From the NCBI GenBank assembly GCA_965231215.1, contig OZ246423.1:928001-992000 (forward strand): a DNA stretch of 64,000 nt, read 5' to 3'. Below, piece by piece: positions 58,427 through 64,000 of the stretch. The position numbers and the translations under genes are program-made. This stretch comes from Candidatus Altimarinota bacterium. Its GTDB lineage: Bacteria; Patescibacteriota; Gracilibacteria; UBA4473. Below the pieces are notes generated by a model. That model saw only the letters and a list, made by a program, of their open reading frames with translations, had not been told where the DNA came from and did no database searches. Position 1 is the stretch's first letter. Each line of letters begins with the position of its first letter.

Positions 58427-59935
58427 TCAGAACAGTCTCAACACTTTTGCCGGAAGCTTAGATTCTAACAACACCACATCGTTTTTATCTTTACACTTTT
58501 TGAGAGCGGTCTGGAGTGGTTTAGTGTTTTTGTTAATTAAGTGGAAATCACTTCCTAGAATTTGGGTTCCAAGGTCGGCAAAATCAGTTTTACACCAAAA
58601 AACCTTAATTCTGTCCTTTTTACATTTTTTGAAGATTTGTTCGTGTACAGAAGTGGCTTCATTTCCGAGTTCCCTGAGAGGAATGCTGACCATGATTTTT
58701 TGTCCTTTAAATTGAGATACATGATCTAGCGCTTTTAGCACGCCATCGGCATTGGCCGAATAGGTATCTCGCATAACCGAGAATCCTTTTTTGTGAATAT
58801 CCAAAGTAAGGGCTCTTCTGAGTGCTGGAAGCGTCTTGAGATGTTTAGCGAGGTTAGCAGGGCTGATTCCTAATTCCCGAGCACACTCTAGAGTCAAAAG
58901 GGCGTTACTCACAAAGAAAGCGCCTGGCCAAGGCAAAATAAAGTTTTTGCCATAGACTTTAAAGGTTGTTTTTTCTGGAGTAGGTTTGATATCTTTAGCT
59001 ACCTTGGCAGAGATAGGAATGCGAGTGGCGTGAATATCACGATCGTCAAAAATTTCTTTCAAAAGGGGACTATCGGCATTAAAAAATACGCTGTGGGCGG
59101 TGGCTTCTGCGAGTTCAAATTTTCCCATTTGAATATTTTTTTGTGAACCAAAAAGTTCAATGTGTTGCTGGTTTACGCCGGTGAGGATTCCCATATGAGG
59201 TTGGGCAAATCGGCAGGTTTCAGCAATTTCACCACGTCTGTAAGCACCGGTTTCAAATACAAAGTATTTCGGCGTTTTGGCCTGGAAGAATTTTTTATGT
59301 CGGACAATCAGCCGAGCAATGGCGACTTCGTTGTTTTCATTAGCCGGGTTATAGAGAACGGCCTTTTTTCCAAACTCAGATTGGAGTAAGTGCACCAGAA
59401 TTTCTTTAGTACTAGATTTACCATAACTTCCAGTAATACCTATTCGGACTATATTGGCTGGATGATCATGGATGATTTTTTGAGCTTGGGCAAAAAGGCG
59501 TTGCCGTCCAAACCAGGCTGGCAATTTAGACCCCCAAACACCAATTAATACTTGAAGCCATAAAGTGCGTTCCCATATTAACACAAGCAAGATATTGCCT
59601 AGACTGTAATGACATTGTGGTAGTTCTGGGAAGAAATAGGCTCGTATACTACACGGAAAATCCCACAGAAAAAACCAGAGCACCAGCACCAATAAACTGA
59701 ATAAAAAGACAAGACTAAGAATGATTAAAATTCTCCCCGAAAATTTTGGTCGAGGGAGTAACCCTTTAAAAACCCAAGGGACAAAATATTGATATCCATC
59801 ATGAGTATTAATCCAAGCACGCATTCGATCAAATCGGTATTCACGTAACTGCCAACACTGTAGGTGCCAGCATAAGGTTCTGGCTCCCATTAAGGCTATG
59901 AGTGTGGCAAAAATAAGGGGTACATATTCATTCAT
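58427..59935 (-). CDS. murF: UDP-MurNAc-tripeptide--D-Ala-D-Ala ligase with N-terminal TM extension
   Basis: GITGSYGKSSTKE, FETGAY..GEI, QHIELFGS, DTYSAN, ELG. Confidence 0.85.
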   Translation of the reverse strand: MNEYVPLIFATLIALMGARTLCWHLQCWQLREYRFDRMRAWINTHDGYQYFVPWVFKGLLPRPKFSGRILIILSLVFLFSLLVLVLWFFLWDFPCSIRAYFFPELPQCHYSLGNILLVLIWERTLWLQVLIGVWGSKLPAWFGRQRLFAQAQKIIHDHPANIVRIGITGSYGKSSTKEILVHLLQSEFGKKAVLYNPANENNEVAIARLIVRHKKFFQAKTPKYFVFETGAYRRGEIAETCRFAQPHMGILTGVNQQHIELFGSQKNIQMGKFELAEATAHSVFFNADSPLLKEIFDDRDIHATRIPISAKVAKDIKPTPEKTTFKVYGKNFILPWPGAFFVSNALLTLECARELGISPANLAKHLKTLPALRRALTLDIHKKGFSVMRDTYSANADGVLKALDHVSQFKGQKIMVSIPLRELGNEATSVHEQIFKKCKKDRIKVFWCKTDFADLGTQILGSDFHLINKNTKPLQTALKKCKDKNDVVLLESKLPAKVLRLF

Positions 59936-60721
59936 CTAGCGTAGGAATTTAGTAACTAGTTTCACAATTTCTTTGCGATGGGTGTGGTGTATACCGTGCC
60001 TTCCGTCAGGGAAAACTTTTAGGGTTGAATTTGGCATTTTGGTGTCCCACACCAGAGCTGATTTTAACGGTGACATGCCATCATGAGCGCCCCACATAAG
60101 CAGCGATTCGTTTTTTATCTGAGTCAGATCTTCCCGGAAATCTGGTTCCTTTAAGATTTTGGTCAGAGTGGTTTTGAGTTTTGGATCTACTTGCCCCCAA
60201 TCTCGAGCCCCAAAAACTTTGGTAGTAAAAAATTTGTGCACCTTTTGCCCTAGGCCTTTTTTAGGTTTAGGGATTATTTTACTCAATCCGACGGATATAC
60301 GCTGCCTAAGAGAGAGCGGCCATTTGATTCCAGCCGCTCCAGTAAAGATACATTTTTCGGCAATTTTTGGGTTTTTCTGCAGCATTCGTACCAAAATCCT
60401 TCCTCCATTTGAATGCACATAAAAATGAGCCTTTTTTACCTTTATATCTTTCATAAAGTCCAAAACCCAATGACCGTAATCAAAGGTAGAAAACCCTTTT
60501 TTGGGAGGAAAATCAGTCTGGCCAAACCCTGGATAATCTAGCAAAATAATTTCGGTATCCTTGAGTGTCTCGCACAAGGCCAATCCTAGAAGCCAAAAAC
60601 TATCGGTTGAACCGCCCCATCCATGCAGGAAAATAAGTTTTGTGGGACCTTCTCCCATACGAATATAGTGCGTTTTAAGGCCCTGGATTGTCGTAAAAAA
60701 ATGTTGAGCGCTGGGTTTCAT
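59936..60721 (-). CDS. Alpha/beta-fold hydrolase
   Basis: FLHGWG, DYPGFG, HSNGG nucleophile elbow, WGAHD, GRHGIH. Confidence 0.9.
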   Translation of the reverse strand: MKPSAQHFFTTIQGLKTHYIRMGEGPTKLIFLHGWGGSTDSFWLLGLALCETLKDTEIILLDYPGFGQTDFPPKKGFSTFDYGHWVLDFMKDIKVKKAHFYVHSNGGRILVRMLQKNPKIAEKCIFTGAAGIKWPLSLRQRISVGLSKIIPKPKKGLGQKVHKFFTTKVFGARDWGQVDPKLKTTLTKILKEPDFREDLTQIKNESLLMWGAHDGMSPLKSALVWDTKMPNSTLKVFPDGRHGIHHTHRKEIVKLVTKFLR

Positions 60722-60817
60722 ACGCTTCAGATTCTACTGTAAAGCTCGCTCAAGTCACAAAAAAATTGTCTGTAGATAATCTTGAGGTAAAATGATTCCA
60801 GTTTTATTACTGGAAAT

Positions 60818-61540
60818 ATGAAAATAAAAATGAAATCAGTTTCGCTTGTATTAATGTTTTCCTTTATGTTGGCAGGGTGTTCTTGGTGGCCATTTGGAAA
60901 AAGCGAGGAGTCACAACCTATAGCTGAAGTAGTTGCCCCAATCCCCCCAGAAGCACCAAAAGAAATCCCTGAAGAATTCACCTTAGACATTGATAATGAC
61001 GAGGATTTCCAACGAGCGATAAAAGAAATTCCAGCTGATCAGATTAACCGATTTGAAGAAATTATTGACCCCGGAGATGGAGATGAAATGCTAGAAGAAA
61101 CAGTAGAAGCGATAGTCTCTAAAGAAACCGAAATGGACAAAGTGGCTCGTAGACGAGCTAAACAAGTCCTAGACAATGACTACCGAGAAAGTGTTGGAGT
61201 TAATAATACCGGGCTTGAGTATCGAAACTATTCTGAAAAACTGGTTCGGGAAGTTATGGGCATCAGACCAAATATTCTTTTCTTTTATGATGAAGGGGAT
61301 GCCGTTTCTCGAGAGTGGGAAGAAAATCTAAAACAAAACTCAGAGCAACTGGAAGAGGTAAATGCGCTGATAATTAAAGTAGATTATACAGAACATACAG
61401 ATCTGAGAGCCCGTTTTGAGATTACTAAACCAGGGACAGCATTGTACTTTGACCCAGTAGGAGTGACTCGAGGCACTTATTACAACCCTAGCATGAGTGA
61501 TCTCTTAGACTTTTTTGAACGGTTCGCCATTAGAAGTTAA
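60818..61540 (+). CDS. Lipoprotein with C-terminal thioredoxin-like fold lacking CxxC
   Basis: Lipobox LAGC; ILFFYDEGDAVSR...IIKVDY...LRARFEIT..GT. Confidence 0.65.
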   Translation: MKIKMKSVSLVLMFSFMLAGCSWWPFGKSEESQPIAEVVAPIPPEAPKEIPEEFTLDIDNDEDFQRAIKEIPADQINRFEEIIDPGDGDEMLEETVEAIVSKETEMDKVARRRAKQVLDNDYRESVGVNNTGLEYRNYSEKLVREVMGIRPNILFFYDEGDAVSREWEENLKQNSEQLEEVNALIIKVDYTEHTDLRARFEITKPGTALYFDPVGVTRGTYYNPSMSDLLDFFERFAIRS

Positions 61541-61612
61541 AATATTATTTTTCTGGTTCAGATTGTTTTGTGTCAACAATACTGGTCTCGTAACCCTGGC
61601 TACAATCGACCC

Positions 61613-61641
61613 TTGAGGTATACAGAGGAGGGGGGTATGAT
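61613..61641 (+). promoter_or_regulatory. Sigma70-type promoter, leaderless configuration
   Basis: TTGAGG-N17-TATGAT, then 6 nt to ATG 61648. Confidence 0.45.
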
Positions 61642-61647
61642 AAAGGT

Positions 61648-62391
61648 ATGGAATATTTGTGGTTATCGTTTTTGGCCGGAGTTCTGACTATTCTAGCTCC
61701 ATGTGTGTTACCGTTACTTCCAGTTATCATTGGAGGAAGTCTGACTGATAAAAATCCTTATAGACCTTTGATAATAACCCTTTCATTGGCCGCTTCAATC
61801 GTGCTTTTCACGCTGGTATTGAAGGCGAGCACGGTATTTATTGATATTCCACAGTCTTTTTGGAAATGGTTTTCTGGGGGGATTGTTTTATTTTTTGGGT
61901 GTACACTTTTGTTCCCAGCCTCGTGGGAAAAGTTATCGGTTAAAGCCAATTTAGGAGGTCGATCTCAAAGTCTTTTAGGAAAAAGCTCACAAAAAAAAGG
62001 AGTATTGGGAATGATCCTTATGGGAGCAGCTTTAGGGCCGGTCTTTGCCTCCTGTAGCCCCACCTACTTTTTGATCCTGGGAACGGTATTGCCACAGAGT
62101 TTTTTTTGGGGATTTATAAATCTCATTGTGTATGCTTTGGGACTGGCTTTGGTCATGTTTTTTATCGCTATTACTGGCCAAAGATTTATGGGTAACCTCA
62201 AAGCCGCCGCCAATCCACACGGAGGGTTCAAAAAAGGGTTGGGAATTCTATTCTGTATTATTGGTGTAGGAATTATCTTTGGATATGACAAAAAATTAGA
62301 AGCCTGGATTATTGATCAAGGATACTTTGGAATTACCGAATTTGAGGAACGGCTTGTGGATGAAAAAGCCCCTAAATTAGGAGAAAACTAA
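61648..62391 (+). CDS. ccdA: CcdA/DsbD-family transmembrane electron transporter
   Basis: AGVLTILAPCVLPLLP, LGPVFASCSP, YALG. Confidence 0.88.
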   Translation: MEYLWLSFLAGVLTILAPCVLPLLPVIIGGSLTDKNPYRPLIITLSLAASIVLFTLVLKASTVFIDIPQSFWKWFSGGIVLFFGCTLLFPASWEKLSVKANLGGRSQSLLGKSSQKKGVLGMILMGAALGPVFASCSPTYFLILGTVLPQSFFWGFINLIVYALGLALVMFFIAITGQRFMGNLKAAANPHGGFKKGLGILFCIIGVGIIFGYDKKLEAWIIDQGYFGITEFEERLVDEKAPKLGEN

Positions 62392-62510
62392 AAAATGACT
62401 TTTTCAAAACATCAAAATTTTCAACGTTGTACGAATCCAGTACGCCTTACAAAAAGATTTTATGTTGTTCCTCGCACTTGCCTATGTGTAAGTTTTCTTG
62501 ATTTATAAAG

Positions 62511-63158
62511 ATGAAACACGCTCTATTTTGGCCTCCAATAGTCCTTATAGGACTAGCGATTACCGCTTATGCTGGGAAACTTTACTTTGAGCTGGACGGC
62601 ACTCCACAAAAACTTATTGAAGCTGAAAACACTTTAGAGTTTCCTCACATAACTTTGCAGCAAGAGAGAATAGCTCAGGAACGCTTAAAAACACCTGAAC
62701 CTACATTTGATTTCCCTTACAAAATTAAGGCGCCAGATCTAGTAGGTCTAGAAAATTGGGTGAATTCAGAACCCATAGAATCATTAGAAGAGTTAAAAGG
62801 GAGGGTCGTTTTACTAAAATTCTGGACTTATAGTTGTATTAATTGTGTAAGGACTTTGCCTTCAGTTCAGAGCTGGCAGAATAAATATGCTGATCAAGGA
62901 TTGGTTATTTTGGGCATCCATGCTCCAGAATTTCAGTATGAGCGTAAGATTGAAAACGTCAGAGCCGCTCTTAAAAAGCATGGTTTAACCTTTCCTGTAG
63001 TGCAAGATAATGAGTTTCAGACCTGGAGAGCCTACAACAATCGTTACTGGCCAGCGCAGTATCTGATTGATAAAGATGGTTTTGTGCGGTACACCCATTT
63101 TGGAGAAGGCGCCTATGAAGAAACTGAAAAAGCAATTCAGGTACTTTTGAAAAGTTGA
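62511..63158 (+). CDS. Membrane-anchored DipZ-like thioredoxin/redoxin
   Basis: FWTYSCINCVRTLP, GIHAPEFQYE, YNNRYWPAQYLID, HFGEGAY. Confidence 0.92.
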   Translation: MKHALFWPPIVLIGLAITAYAGKLYFELDGTPQKLIEAENTLEFPHITLQQERIAQERLKTPEPTFDFPYKIKAPDLVGLENWVNSEPIESLEELKGRVVLLKFWTYSCINCVRTLPSVQSWQNKYADQGLVILGIHAPEFQYERKIENVRAALKKHGLTFPVVQDNEFQTWRAYNNRYWPAQYLIDKDGFVRYTHFGEGAYEETEKAIQVLLKS

Positions 63159-63299
63159 TTTTTTGCAATTGAATTTAGCCGAGTCCAAACAGTGGGTTCA
63201 GGAACGATGATGAGACAGTGATATTAAGGGTTAATTAAATGTTGTTTTCCCTACATCTCTTGCTTGGAAAAACCTGTTTAAATAAACACAAGTGAAACT

Positions 63300-63902
63300 T
63301 TATATCGAATTAAGAACCCTTCTTGAAAACTCGATTGAAGCGGTGGAAGGATTTTTGAGAGTGTCTAACAAATATGGAGAATAAAGATGAACATTGGATG
63401 TTTCTGAGTTGGTTAAAGGGTATTTAAGGGCCGCTTCTTCATCAACAAATAAAAAGAATTTTCCATCTTCACTTTTTAAAGAACAAGCAGCCTTTGTAAG
63501 CGGGGTAATTTGAGGGAGTTTATTTCGGTTAATTTCTGATGTTGGTAAAATTTCAACTCTTCGACTTTCATCTATCGCTTTTGCACCCATTGTTTCCAAA
63601 ACCTTGGCGATTATAGGTTTTCTGATAACCGAAGTTTGAGCCAATCGAGCCTTCATTTGTTCGGTTAAATCTATAAATATTTGGAGAAAATCAGCCGAAA
63701 GGCCAAGGCCTCTCAAGCTTGGGTCTATAAGCATTCCAGAGAAACCAAAATACCCATTCCTCGCATAAAAGGAAAGCCTTTCTCTTCGTTTTCTATCGTC
63801 CCCAAGAGGTTGAAAACAAAGATTACTCCTCTCGCGAAGTCCTCCAGTAAGATGTATTTCAAAATTTTGCCCTTGGCTTGAGGAAAACTCTCCAATTTTC
63901 AT
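63300..63902 (-). CDS. Hypothetical GNAT-like protein
   Basis: IDPSLRGLGLS resembles acetyl-CoA-binding motif A. Confidence 0.5.
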   Translation of the reverse strand: MKIGEFSSSQGQNFEIHLTGGLRERSNLCFQPLGDDRKRRERLSFYARNGYFGFSGMLIDPSLRGLGLSADFLQIFIDLTEQMKARLAQTSVIRKPIIAKVLETMGAKAIDESRRVEILPTSEINRNKLPQITPLTKAACSLKSEDGKFFLFVDEEAALKYPLTNSETSNVHLYSPYLLDTLKNPSTASIEFSRRVLNSI

Positions 63903-64000
63903 TGTACACGCTTTTTAATATTTTTTTAATATTAGTCAATTTGTAATGACTCTTATATAGAAGATTAAGAAAAAATAATCTGTTAACATTCTCCAGCACA

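Noticed and set aside
1-64000. Genetic code 25 (TGA=Gly) as in Gracilibacteria sensu stricto
   Set aside because: Long conserved genes have no internal TGA, and TGA ends genes at expected positions, including ATGA overlaps (1404-1407, 7338-7341)

Overview
Chromosomal window from a small-genome bacterium, most likely Patescibacteria (CPR; Peregrinibacteria/Gracilibacteria-class-like). The assignment is inferred from paired VirB2/TrbC-like pilins, DUF4012, FemABX, a membrane-anchored MurF, an '...YDLNYIRRY...PPPGF' secreted protein and scarce Shine-Dalgarno motifs. TGA acts as a stop (code 11). About 1-26.5 kb and 51-64 kb are housekeeping or cell-envelope genes (wecA-like, fda, murD, bolA-grxD, mutS, pyrBC, rplU, rplJL with L10 leader, PBP1, infB, femX, murF, ccdA/DipZ). 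The core (26.6-51.1 kb) is an accessory surface island in two parts. (1) An array of four Sec-exported, phage-tail-fibre-like genes built from swapped modules, with a VPRTG-anchored Ig-like gene between the first two. The last two fibre genes are a tandem duplication with a 4727-bp period. Their N-terminal ~660 aa are identical, but their 7-bladed FG-GAP propellers have near-invariant scaffold DNA and hypervariable loop codons, with signs of repeat-to-repeat segment exchange. This is the best candidate for an undescribed adhesin-diversification system. (2) A partly duplicated module: a vitamin-K-carboxylase-like HTTM protein, a permease/Cys-repeat/CRTAC1 fusion and two paralogous helical-barrel lipoproteins. 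Features outside the ORF track include an mscL relic lacking both TM helices, a LysW-like Zn-ribbon microprotein, two degenerate ~110-bp RPE-like palindromes and several apparently leaderless promoters. No rRNA, tRNA, CRISPR array, transposase, integrase or reverse transcriptase was seen. All family calls come from motif recognition by eye, not database searches.
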